Positions 1-13,375 of a stretch of DNA of 64,000 nucleotides are shown one piece after another (position 1 is the first letter of the stretch; every line of letters starts with the position of its first letter). The notes under the pieces were generated by a model. It was not told where the DNA came from, did not search any database, and was given only the letters and a program-made list of their open reading frames with translations. The position numbers and the translations under genes were made by a program. Source of the stretch: Octopus sinensis (Eukaryota); assembly GCF_006345805.1 (NCBI RefSeq), contig NC_043005.1, positions 51,522,001 to 51,586,000 of the forward strand, written 5' to 3'.

Positions 1-144
1 GATCACCACCATCCCTGCCGGAGCCTCGTGGAGCTTTAGGTGTTTTCGCTCAATAAACGCTCACAACGCCTGGTCTGGGAATCGAAACCACGATCCTACG
101 ACCGCGAGTCCGCTGCCCTAACCACTGGGCCATTGCGCCTCCAC
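1..144 (-). mobile_element. tRNA-derived SINE family S4 (5' part; runs off the window start). Other copies: about 11270-11394 (-), 56377-56750 (+, full length)
   Basis: Minus strand GTGGAGGCGCAATGGCCCAGTGGTTAGG (A box) ... GGTTTCGATTCCC (B box), then the shared body TTTATTGAGCGAAAACACCTAAAG. Confidence 0.85.
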
Positions 145-522
145 AACTGAACCTGGTACCAAGTGATTGACAAGCAAGCATCTTAACCACACAACCGTGC
201 GGGAAAAGAAAAAAGAAGTGTGTACCAGTGTAAAATATCCATGCTGTTGTATTGAACTCAGCACTTCACTAGTTAATTACTCATTACTGCTCTTCCAGTG
301 GTGAGCTTTACCTGCTCCACATGGTACCTATTAACAGCTACACAGAAAGAGCCATCCAGTATGTAACATCTTGAACGTATACTGACATACGCGTTATCCA
401 CCTACACACATTTATGCTATATCGATTGCCTATATGGGGGGGGGGGTGTATATGTGTGTGTGTGTGTATATACATGCATTGAGGGATATATATGTACATG
501 TTGTATGTATGTGCATATACAT

Positions 523-736
523 ACTTTTACTTGTTTCAGTCATTTGACTGTGGCCATGCTGGAGCACTGCCTTTAGTCGAGCAAATCGACCTCAGGACTT
601 ATTCTTTGTAAGCCTCGTACTTATTCTTTCGGTCTCTTTTGCCGAACCGCTAAGTTATGGAGTCGTAAACACACCAGCATCGTTTGTCAAGCGATATTGG
701 GGGGACAAACACAGACACACAAACATATACACGCAC

Positions 737-772
<36 letters not shown>

Positions 773-989
773 AATCCAAACGGGAAACAAAAAAACAACA
801 ACAATGGAACAATTACAGTATTATTATTAATAGGCGCTCAGGAAATGGAAGCAGGGAGGTATGACGTTTCGAGCGGAGCTCTTCGTCGGAAACATAAAGA
901 AGGAAGAGAGAGGAAAGAAAGATCCCAGAGCGGGCAACAGGGATAGAGAAAAAAAACGACTGGTGTTTACGAGTTGCACATGGTGAAAG

Positions 990-1027
<38 letters not shown>

Positions 1028-1109
1028 CATATATACGACGGGCTTCTTTCAGTTTCCGTCTACCAAATCCACTCACAAGTGTTTAGTCGGCCCGAGGCTA
1101 TAGTAGAAG
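523..1109 (-). mobile_element. tRNA-derived SINE family S1 with central microsatellite, interrupted by an insertion at 768-992
   Basis: Family-diagnostic blocks GGCCATGCTGGAGCAC, CTTATTCTTTGTAAGCC, CTTCTTTCAGTTTCCGTCTACCAAATCCACTCACAAG. Confidence 0.88.
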
Positions 1110-1169
1110 GCGCATACATACATACATGCATTGAGGGTATATGTGTATGTTGTATGTATGCATGTATAT

Positions 1170-1211
<42 letters not shown>

Positions 1212-2464
1212 ATATATACATACATACATACATACATACACACACATATATATTAATATTTAAGAGAAGTAACAGTGACTCGATGGCCAAAAGTTTCATG
1301 TTGTACCAACGTACGAAACTCTCGAACCCTGAGTCACTCTGTTGCTTCTGTTAAATATTAATAAAAATATAAATATACTCATATTTTGAGTTCTGTTTTT
1401 CTTGCTTGCATCACCATACCTATGTCTTTATATTATTTATATTCATATATATGTATGCGTTGAGGGAATATATATTATTTATATTAATAATATATATGCT
1501 TGCGTTGAGGGAGTATATATTTGAGTGTGTGTGTGTGTGTGTGTGTGCATATATGTATTCATATAAATATGTATTTATATATGTATATATAACGGTATAA
1601 TTTCAATTGATTAAAAATTAGTTCTGATTCACCGCCGTTTAAGTACAAATACACACACGTGTAAAAGGTCGAGCTCGTATTTTCGTTTAGACATGTTGGC
1701 CATTTATGAAATACTCGCGCCATTGACTTCATTGGTTTACACACATACACACAGATACGCTATTTTATTAATTTTCATTCAGTGTTCTTTATATACCAAC
1801 GGCATCCTCATTGATGCTGCATGTCTTTTATTCCTCAACAAAACTGCAGTTTCCATTCGAAATATATTTTATGTGTTTGATTTACGAGCCCTTTGGAAAT
1901 ACATAAATTTTATTATAATAATGATAATAATAATAGTAATAATATTTCCATTCACCCTATTCCTTGTGTGTGAATATGGAAACTTGATGCTTACTTTCTT
2001 GTACTACACTCGCATTTTATACACGCGCTCACATACGCATTACATACATACATGCATGCATGTACACGAACAGAACATTGATTGAGCCGCCCTACTTGCT
2101 AGTAATAATAGCAGTTCAGTTCCCTCATTTGCGTAAAACAAGGACATACTGAACACTAGTCTTGGATACAAACACAAACACACAGACGGAATGGTCACGG
2201 CCGGAATGCTTTTGATCTTAGATTTGCTCAGTTAGAGCTGACCTAGTGCTAAACAGCAACGAAAGTGTGTACGTGCCTGTATGCTTACTATATATGTATG
2301 TGTGTATGCATTTATATTTCTACACACGCACATGTGATTATAAACACACATATATATATTTAAAATTTTTTAAATTAAATTTTAATATTAAACTATCAAC
2401 CGGCTAAGTACACGAGGGAACAATTAGCAAAGGAAATATTTTATTTTCCATGTGAGTGTGTGCG

Positions 2465-2505
<41 letters not shown>

Positions 2506-5035
2506 TATATATACACATGCACACATGTACTGTTATTATTGTTGTTAGTTGTTTCTCTAGCATCTTCCGAGTTCATTGTCATTGTTCTTATTATAAAAAC
2601 TCCTACCACGTAGGTGGTATGGCTTCACAGTGAATCAATTCATAAAAAAAATAGATAGAGAGAGAGAGAGAGATTAAAAATACGTGTTATAATAATATGT
2701 AAGTGAACGATGTGTTACTGCTGTGAACATATATATAACATCTCTGTGATGGAGTATCTTTCGCTTAGATCTCCCTTCCTTATCACGACACACATCAACC
2801 GACACTACATACATGCCAACAAAGCAGCCAACCCTTCAATGTGCTCGGTACACCTGCTACTAGAAATAGCAGCCAAATGTCTATCGCGTTGCATCCTTCC
2901 GTCTTAAATAAGGAAACGACATTCTAGAAAATGTAGTCCTTTCATAGTTCTATGGAGCTAAACAGCAATAACAACCAACGAATAATAACAACTTGGCCAT
3001 GCATTTCTCTTTAGATATTCAAAGCAGTCCTTCTTTCATGCTTTCACGAGTAATTTAAATACAAAAGCATGATTTTTTTTTAATACGCGATACACACAAA
3101 ATATCTCAAAAATAGAGCTCAAATTAAGATCATGAAAGTCGCTGGAAAATTTTTAACATGCTTGAATATGAAGAAAAGGTGTGCTTTGTAACGATTTCTG
3201 TTCAAATTCTATCCTTGTTGGCTTTGTCTCTCATCCTTCTGGGGCCGTAATATTAGTTATAAGATTTTGCTGTTACTGTTTAGCCTCAGGTCAAGCCTCA
3301 CCGAGCAGAACCTGTGATCAGAGGTAATTGTAGGAGTGATTAACATGCATAATAATGTTTTTGTTGTTTATATTTTTATTTTGTCATGGACATAATTGAC
3401 TAGTTTTTTTTCTGTTATCGATCCCGGAAGTAATCGAACTCCGGTCGCAAGGAAATGTAACTGAATACTTTTACGAGCTAGCTAGTGAAACCTCTTGGTG
3501 CTTGCTCGGTTGCTAGACATAACAGCCAAAGCTTCATTATATTACACCCTGCTGTTTTAAAATGTGAAAAAAAAAAAAAAAAAAAAGATGGCGTGTATGT
3601 GTGGTTAGAAGATTGCTTCCCAACCACATGGTTCCGGGTTCAGTCGTATTGCGTGGTACCTTGGGTTAAAGTGCCATTACCATAGCCCCCGGGCCGACCA
3701 AAGCATTGTAAGTGGTTTTGGTAGACGGAAACTGAAAGAAGCCTATCGCAAATGTATATGTGTGTATGTGTTTGTGTCTGTTACTCATCACCGCTTGACG
3801 ACCGGTGTTGATTCGTTTATGTCCCCTTAACTTAGCGATTCGGCAAAGGAGACCGGTAGATGGCCGCCGTCTATTGACTGGGAAGAAGACGTGATGGTCA
3901 CAGCTAGAATGTTTTTGATCATAGGTCTACTTGATATAGGTTGACCTGGGATTAAATAAATAAATACGGCAAGACTGTCGTTTCTGCTGCGCACTGCCGT
4001 TTTATTTATTGATTTTCAACAGAGGCACAAGGCCGCATAGTTTGAGGGAGGGTGCGTAGAGGAATAAATCGATCCTAATTTTTGACTAATATTTATCGTG
4101 CCAATCAAGGAGAAACCTCTATGTGGTCACTCAACTTGTTAGAAATAGCAGCGAAATTACTATCGGATCACAACTCATCATTAAAAAAAATATCCTATGG
4201 ATAACATAGAATTTAAGCATGAATATACAATATCTGAATAAAAGACAGACTTTTATTAGGGTTAGAATATAGAATGCGTTTGGTCATACATCTGATTGGT
4301 CATGGCTGACCTAGGGCTAAACAGCAGCAAACACAATCTGGTAACTATTATCGGTCTTAGAATGATGAAATAGAAGATTGGCAACAGTAATATTTGAAAT
4401 TAGAACGTAAAGGGAAGTAACTAAACCTAAACCCTGCAAGGCATTAAATCCTACACTTTATTGACTCTGCCAACTGCAGATGAAAACCCTTTTATCCGAA
4501 ATTCCAAAATCCGTGACACTTCCGGTCCAGGGACTCAGGACCAAGGATTTTCATCTGTACTAATGATGAGATGGTTTCTGATTTTAACACAAGACCAGGA
4601 ATTTTGAGAGGAGTAGGAGTAGCTAATAATAATAATATATGATTGGAACTTGATCGAGCTCGATAAAATATGAAAGCCGAACTCGGCATAATTTGAATTT
4701 TGAACGCAAGGTGCCAGAAGAAATGGCCCTTTTTTGCCGACGATCTAACGATCCTGCCCTTTAATGATTTTAGATTTGGGTACAGGAGACAGCGATTTAC
4801 TCACCACGTAAATGACCGGGAGAAATACTTCCGAGTATTTTGTGCTACGCTTTAACAATGACAACAAAACGCACCAACACCAGTTGTTAAGCGGTGTGGT
4901 GAACAAGCATCAGCGCGTGCGTGTGTATGGCAGCTTCCGCTCAGTTTCCATCTGCCAAATTCATTTACAAGGCATCAGTTGACCTTGGGTCTATATGAGG
5001 AGATACTTGTCCAAGGTACCTGAAACTAAATGGTA

Positions 5036-5662
5036 CGAGAGTTCCGGACCCCAGTAATGAATTCATTTCCATACAGCCAATCAGAGCTCACGTTGACCTT
5101 GTCAAGTTAGCAAACACACTCTACCAAGTAAACTGAAGACGAAGAACGGTGTTGTAAGTTATGCCGTTACGTTCTGAGTTCAAATTCCGCCGCGGTCGGC
5201 TATGCCTTTCATCCTTCCGGGGTCGATAAATTAAGTACCAGTTACGCACTGGGGTCGACGTAATCGGCTTAATCCCTTTGTTTGTCCCCTCTATGTCTAG
5301 CCCATTGTGGGCAGTAAAGAAATAAGTTATGCCTGATTTTAGAAGGACAAGTAATTAGATAGATTTGCATCTATATCTATTATCAGATTTTGTTAGGGCC
5401 CCTAACAATGATAAATATGTGGATGGGAAAAATGTGGGTAGAGGGTGATGTGCTAGTAACCCTCTCCCCTTACCGTTCTACAAAATAAACAACACAACTA
5501 TGCAGAGGCAGCCATGGTTGAAACAAGAACAAGCATGGTCATTCCTTACCCAAGTGACCTTATCTTAACGCCCATCACTTGTTATGCGCTCATAAGTTAG
5601 TTTGATACTCGAGCTCTGATTGGCTATATGCAAATGAGTTCATAACGGGTCCGGAACTCTCG
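5036..5662. mobile_element. Tc1/mariner-type MITE (CGAGAG...CTCTCG) with a nested SINE at about 5155-5325
   Basis: About 53-bp TIRs (5036-5089 vs 5611-5662), TA on the left and TG on the right. Confidence 0.75.
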
Positions 5663-6878
5663 TGGGAAAAAAAAACTCGTGAACCGGGAGGGGGACTGAG
5701 AGGCATGTACCACTCTCTCCTCAAGAAAAGAAGTGCGCTGTTCTAAGTATTGTTGTTACGCCCTTTTGTGGCCTTGTGACCTCTCTACGAAAAATTCCTG
5801 GGATCGCGCCTGCTGGATGATAGCGAGAGCGATGCGCTGGAACAGCTACTCTGACTCGCGGAGCTCTGTATAAACCGAAATCAACTCTGTTTGGCCATTT
5901 TCTTTATTTACTTTTTTCCCTCTGAGGTTGTTGTAAGGTGTTGGCTGTTCTCGCACATTTCCATTTAGTCGGCGAATGTAAAGAATACTTTCTATGGGTA
6001 AGCAAACAGGAAATAACAGTTACTACCCAAAGACAAAAATCATATTACACAGTGTAATCGAAGCTGCACGATATTTCGTTATTGTATTTGGTTTGCAAGA
6101 TTTTTGATGTGAACTCGTGTTGAAACAAACCTTTTGTCTAGAGAAGGTCATTATGCCAACAATAATAAACATGCGTTCGTTCAATATTTCTTTATTGTTA
6201 GTCTAACCAAGTAGCTGATCGACCGTTTGTTTAACCAACACATTAACAAACAGCCCATTCGTTAGTTGGTTAGATATGTAACCGATTGACTGACGATAAG
6301 GAAGTGATGTTGAACCAGTGCCTGTGTTTATTATTATTGACATAATGACCCTCCCAAGACCCAACAAAATATAATTTTCTTATTTTATTGTAACTTTTGG
6401 CATTTTTGTTTACACCCTAATATCATGTACATTTTTCATCAACACTTCCAGTTGAAAAAAATCGAATAAGTCATACATCCAGGCCAAAATGATGTCATTA
6501 TCGAAAGGTTTAGTAAAATATTCGTCGTCGAAACAAATGGTGTGTAAACTCTTAAATAAAAATTTAAAAAAAAACATATAGGCATACCTACACAATTGTA
6601 CCCCAAAATTTGTTTTCTCGTTACTTCCAGAAAAATAGATATTTTTAAATGAAATTTCCTACAGACACACTGCAGATGATGTAGATTCAGATTATATCGG
6701 AATTATCTGGGTAAAAAAAAGAATTTGGAATGGAGTTTCGGAAAATTCACATGAGTCAGCTTTGTTTCCTCATAACATTCAGAAAAATGGGTATTTTGAC
6801 GAAATTTTTTATAAATGCTTTCCAGAATGTGTAGATTACGATTATATCGGAATTATATATATATATATATATATATAT

Positions 6879-7270
6879 AGGTGCAGGCGTGGCTGTGTGG
6901 TAAGAAACTTGTTTCCCTACCTCATGGTTTCTAGTTCAGTTCCACTGCGTTGCACCTTGGGCAGGAGTCTTCTCTAGTTTCGAGTCGACCAAAGCCTTGT
7001 GAATGGATTTGATTTGGTAGACGGAAACTGAAAGAAGCTCGTCGTATATGTAAATGTGTGTCTTTTTATTTTTGTCCCCCTCCACCACTTGACAACCCGT
7101 GTCGGTGTGTTTATGTCCCCGTAACTTAGTGGTTTGGATAAAGGAGACCGACAGAATAAGTACCAGGCTTAAGAAATAAGTCCTGGAGCCGATTCATTCT
7201 ACTTAAAATTCAAGGCTGTGCCCCATCATGGCCGCAGTCTAATGACTGAAAGAAGTAAAAGATAAAAGAT
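6879..7270 (+). mobile_element. SINE S1 full-length copy. Others: about 3590-3860 (+), 8775-9600 (+, expanded TCTA centre), 9865-10287 (-), 12455-12820 (-)
   Basis: AGGTGCAGGCGTGGCTGTGTGGTAAG head, TGGTAGACGGAAACTGAAAGAAG, central TG/TA tract, AAAAGAT tandem tail. Confidence 0.88.
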
Positions 7271-7305
7271 ATGTATGTATATATATATGTGTGTGTGTGG
7301 ATGAA

Positions 7306-7337
<32 letters not shown>

Positions 7338-7945
7338 TGGATGGATAGATTGGTGGGCTTGCACACATACGTACTGACATACATTACATGCATCTACAAA
7401 ATGAAATTTCGAAAAAAAAAAATTGTGATGTGTGTGGGTGTTCACTGTTTTCCTTTCAGCATCAAATTCCGATATAATCATAATTTACGCATTCTGAACG
7501 GTATTTTTTAGAAAATTTCATAAATTCATCTCCCACCCACCAATTTTTTGCTTTTGTTTTTTTTTTCAACAGATTCCTATATTGTTTGAATCTACAGTAT
7601 CTGAAACGTGTTTGTAGAAAATTTCATTTTGAAATATCCATTTTCCTGGAAGTTATGGGAAAACGAAGTCACTGTGACACACTTGCGTAGTTCCAATACG
7701 TGTGTGTGTTTACGCCCTCCCTCACTACCGTTTCACAATCTGTATTGTTTTGTTTACACCCCCGTAACTTAACAGTTCAGCGAAGGACAAAGTACTAGGC
7801 TTAAAAAAAATATATAGTGAGGTCGATTTGTTTGACTAAAACTCTTCAAGGCGGTGCCCCTGTATGACCGTAGTCCAATGGCTGAAAAAAGTTTTTTAAA
7901 AAACTCAAAACAGTGTATGTTATAAATATATGAATACACAGACGT

Positions 7946-8041
<96 letters not shown>

Positions 8042-8932
8042 ATATATATGTCCAACCCATGCTAGCATGGAAAGCGGACGCTAAATGATGATGATGTATA
8101 TATATATATGTTTAGCCCCTTGTGGGTAGTAAAGAAATATACATAATACATATATATATATATATATATATGTATTTATGTATATTTCTTTACTACCCAC
8201 AAGGGGCTAAACACAGAGGGGACAAACAAGGATAGACAAACGGATTAAGTCGATTATATCGACCCTAGTGCGTAACTGGTACTTAATTTATCGACCCCGA
8301 AAGGATGAAAGGCAAAGTCAACCTCGGCGGAATTTGAACATATATATATATATATATAATATATGTCTCGCTTACTTTCTTTCTTTCTTTCTCTCTCTCT
8401 CTCTCTCACACGCGCACATTACACTCGTGCATAATAACAATAGAATTGTTGAACGTTTTAAAAGCTCGCTGATAAACCCAACTGGCTCGAGAGAGGGGGG
8501 GCGGAAGAGCGAGTGAGGAACTAATTGTTATGCAAACATCACAAGGATTCGACTGAAGATTAAACGACAAGAGTTTTGTAAGAAGTGTGTCAAAAGTCTT
8601 CGATACTCTCGAGCTGACACTTAAAAGAATGAAGGAGCAAATAAGAACCACGCAATCAGTGCGTCTGTTTATTTACACTTGTAAAGGTGACTGACTCTTC
8701 TAAAACGCATCAGCAACAAACTTCTATTATGGAGGGAGATAGATGCAAGATGTCTTGTTCATTTATTTATAACTGCGTGGTCAAGAGGTTTGCTTTCCAA
8801 CCCAACCATATGGTCTTGGCGTTCAGTCCCCTATTGCGCGTCACTTCGGGAAAGTGTCTTCTATTATAGCCCCCGGCCCGTACAAAGTCTAGTGAATGGT
8901 TTTGGTAGACGAAAACTGAAAGAAGCCCGTCG

Positions 8933-9305
<373 letters not shown>

Positions 9306-10419
9306 ATCTCTCTGTTCTATCTATCTATCTATTTATATGTATGTGTGTGTGTGTGTCTTTGTGTTTCTTTTTATCTCCCACCACCGCTTGACGACCGGTG
9401 TTGGTTTGTTTACGTGTCCGTAAAGTAGCGTTTCGGAAAATAAAAAAACAAAAAAAAAAAACAGACAGAGACCGATAGAATAAGTTACCAAGCTTTAAAA
9501 ATAATAAATAGTAGTGTCGATTCGTTCGACTGGAAAAAAACCCCCAAAAAACTATGCCCCAGCCTGGCCGCAATCTATTGACTGAAAGAAATAAAACAAA
9601 AGATTTATATATTTATTGTAATCCTTCGTGGCCACCTGCAACGAAGTGCGAAATGTTCTGAACGTTGTTTCCTTTATCTCCCCTGCCCACGTTTGACATT
9701 GAGAGCGTTATAAAGAGCATTATAAAATTACTGCGCTCTCTCTGTCTTCCCCTCTCTGGGGGGCACCGCACTCCGTTTCTCTTCTCCAGGACTCATACTT
9801 TCAGAGAAATCATTATGTATGTATGTATGTATGTATGTATGTGTGTGTGTGTGTGCGTTTTTAGGCCAAGTTCTATACTCTTATTTGTTTCAGTCATTGT
9901 TTCAGTCATGCTGGAGCACTGCCATTTAGTCGAGCAAATCGACGCCAGGACTTATTCTTTGTAAGCCTAGTACTTATTCTATCGGTTTCTTTTGCCGAAC
10001 TGCTAAGTTACGGAGACATATATACACACCAGCATCGGTTGTCAAGAGATGGCGGGGTAGATAAACACACACACACACGCACATACACACAAGCGCGCAC
10101 ACACACACACAAGCGCGCACGCACACACACGACGGGCTTCTTTCAGTTTCCGTCTACCAGATCCACTCACAACGCTTTGGCCGGCCCGAAGTTATAGTAG
10201 AAGACACTTGCCCAAGGTGCCAGGCAGTGAACCCGGAACCATATGGTTGGTAAGCAAGTTACTTACCACGCAGCAACTCCTGCGCTTATATAAAATAATT
10301 CGACATTTAACTGAAGGATTATTCAATACTATTTTTTAAAAATAGAATACAATTATATTTACTAACTTTTACAGGGGATAAAGTTGACACTGATTTGCTT
10401 ACACACACACATATATGCA

Positions 10420-11097
10420 CTCCAACATTTCCTTGATCATCGACCCAACCCCAAGCTGACACATCCACACTCCTTCGTCTGGCCGAACTTGTCCTCTCAC
10501 TTAAGTGCTTCTCGTTCGCGGGTGACCTTTTACCAGCAAGTCTCGGGAGTGGCCATGGGAATGAGAATGGGCCTCAACTATGCGAACCTATTCGTTGGCT
10601 ACGTTGTGGCCCAAATATTCTCAAGTTTCACTGGTCCCACTTCTGAACTATACGGTCGTTATATTGACGGCTGTATCGCTGCGACCTCACTCTCCTGCGA
10701 TCATCTAAACTCTTTCCTCATCATCATCTAGACTCTTTCCTCACCTTTGTCAAATCTTTCCATTCTGCCCTCCACTTCTCCAGCACTATTTCCGACACCT
10801 CAGTCGCCTTTCTCGACATTTCGGTCAGCATTCATCACTCTACTCTCACCACATCCATCCACTACAAACATACAGACTCACACTCATACCTCAACTCCTC
10901 CTCTCACCCTAAACACACCAAACTCTCCATCCCCTATTCCCAATTATTCCGTCTACGTAGGCTCTGCAGTGACAACCATGACTTTGAGACTCAGTCTCAA
11001 CTCATGGCTCGCCACTTCATCCTACGTGGATATCCCCTCACCACTATCCACACTGCCCTTCCCAGAGCACGTTCCATGGACTGTGCATCTGCTCTCT
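10420..11097 (+). mobile_element. Penelope-like retroelement reverse-transcriptase fragment (dead)
   Basis: Across frames: TSTLLRLAELVL, FYQQVSGVAMG..NYANLFVGY, RYIDG (YIDD), VAFLDISV, HYKHTDSHSYL, SIPYSQLFRLRRLCS, RGYP. This motif order is typical of PLE RT/thumb regions. Frameshifted, including by a 20-bp tandem duplication at about 10701-10743. Confidence 0.85.
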
Positions 11098-11430
11098 TTT
11101 CAAGTCCAGGCAGGCTCATGGGCCCGATTTTCCCGGTTTCTATGGCGTGTTTGTTCCCCCCTGCTGGACGGGACGCCAGTCCATCGTAGCGTTACTCAAG
11201 AACCAGGAACAAAAAGTGAGAGAAAATTGGGACGAAAGCGTACAACAGGGGTGTCCACCACCCACTACCAGATCCTTGTAGAGCTTTAGGTGTTTTCGCT
11301 CAATAAACACACACAACTCCCGGTCTGGGAATCGAAAACGCGATCCTCCGACTGCGAGTCCGCTGCCCTAACCATTGGGCCATTGCGCCTCCACACACAC
11401 ATAAATATATATTATACAAATCACAGTATG

Positions 11431-11657
11431 CAGTATTATAGATGCATTACAGCCGACGCTACCAATCGATTTCGTACTGGATATTAGATAACTGGGCGGC
11501 TATCTAATATACGTGCTCTATAGGAATGGCAGGTATGGAAAAATAAATATGGCGACTGCCATTTCTGAAGAGCATGTGTATTGAATAACTGCCCGTTTAT
11601 TTAATATCCAGTACGAAATCGATTGATAAGATCGGCTGTAATGGATCTGTAATACTG
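11431..11657. mobile_element. Fold-back MITE (CAGT...ACTG|TA), Tc1/mariner-pogo type
   Basis: About 90-bp arms pair (CAGTATTATAGATGCATTACAGCCG... vs ...CGGCTGTAATGGATCTGTAATACTG), with an inner AGGAATGGCAG/CTGCCATTTCT stem. Confidence 0.8.
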
Positions 11658-12645
11658 TATATGATATGGATTCTTAAACGACCTTTACACACACACACAA
11701 AATCCAAACACGTTTTCTGTCCTTATTCCTTTCTGTAAAAGGGCATAGGCTCGAAACGTCACAGGCTCTTCCATTTTCCCTGAGCGTCAAACTAGTACAC
11801 CTTGTTCGTTGCTCCCTTACCTATTTCTATCTTTTGTTTGTCAAGTTCGGCTTTAGCTAGCCGCTAAAAGCGTTGTTGAGTGAGCACTTGGTCTTTATTC
11901 TCATCAGAAATTGACAATGTGCTGTTTTTTTGTTTTTTTATGGCGGTTTATTGAGCAGGCATCTTTATGCGTGCTTACCTTGCGTGCGTGTGCACGCCCG
12001 CTTAGTTTCTATGTAATGTGTCATTGTGTCTACCAGACTATCGATTGTTCCTATACACCGCTAGTCACAATGCGTTTCCAATACTTTTTTGATTGCACCC
12101 TTCTTTTCCATCTTGGCCCAAATATTTTAACTAAATTGACTTCCTATTGTTGTGGAGGCCTTCTAAGTGACCTTTTTCAGATCTCTTGGATAACACTCAG
12201 CAACTGCTGTCTGTGAACTTTGCAACATGTCCGACGCAGTAGAAATTGTGTTTTCAGAACTCTGTGTTCACGTCGTTCACCCCGCTCCCTTCCCGAATCA
12301 TCTTGTTTCGGATATGATATCCATTCAGAGCATGGATTTTTCCATGTCCCTTTGTGGCGAAGAGGGAAGATAACGATAAGAATAAATATATGATATATAG
12401 ATAAATTTGTATACGGATTCAAATTCCTGTTTATTCATATATATATATTCTTTTATTCTGATACTTGTTTCAGTCATGTGACTCTGGCCATGCTGGAGCA
12501 CCGCCTTTAGTCGAACAAATCGACCCCAGAACTTATTCTTTATAAGCCTAGTACTTACTCTATCGGTTTCTTTTGCGGAACCACTAATTACGGGGACTTA
12601 AACACACCACCATCGGTTGTCAAGCGATGCCGTGGGGTGACTGAC

Positions 12646-12698
<53 letters not shown>

Positions 12699-12947
12699 AT
12701 ATGACGGGCTTCTTTCACTTTCCGTCTACCAAATCCACTCACAAGGCTTTGGTCGGCCTAAGGCTATAGTAGAAGACACTTGCCCAAGGTGTCACGTGGT
12801 TGGTAAGCAAGCTATTTACCACACAGCCACTCAAAAATTGTGTGTGTTACTTTCATTGCCTTGGCATCACGTGACATTTGTAAATGAGTGTCACCACCAT
12901 TTCCAATATTCTGTAAAATTTTATTCTTCATTGTGGGGAAATATTAC

Positions 12948-13375
12948 GGCGATCTTTCGTCTCTAGTAGACCTTTCCGTCGATTTCCGTAAAAAACTTCT
13001 TTTTTTTTTACATATGGGCTTGCGGGAACTTTTGAAGTAATGAGAGCGAAAGAGACTAAGAGAAAGCGATTGTATGACGAGGGAAGTTCTTTTGAAGTTA
13101 CCGTGCATGGGAAGCATTGATGTACATGTGTGTGTGTGTGTGTGTTTGATGGGGTGTGGGAGACAGACAGTATGTTGTATAAGTGAAGTGCTTCTGTTAG
13201 TGTGTGTGAAGAGACAGAGTAATGTGTGAAAGAAAGAGATAACTGAAACTTTTTACTCGGTGTATGTGTATATGTATGTATATTACTTCAAAAGTTCCCG
13301 CAAGCCCATATGTAAAAAAAATAATAAATTTTTACGGAAATCGACGGAAAGGTCTACTAGAGACGAAAGATCGCC
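12948..13375. mobile_element. MITE family A, copy 1 (GGCGATC...GATCGCC, about 94-bp TIRs)
   Basis: 12948-13041 is the near-perfect reverse complement of 13282-13375. Flanked by the direct repeat GGGGAAATATTAC. Confidence 0.9.

Noticed and set aside
5611-5635. Octamer plus CCAAT as an snRNA or histone promoter
   Set aside because: The motifs belong to a MITE TIR (mirror copy at 5036-5089), and no snRNA or histone sequence follows.
10747-11289. 180-aa Ser/Pro/Thr-rich ORF
   Set aside because: It is an alternative frame over the dead Penelope-like RT and the adjacent SINE.
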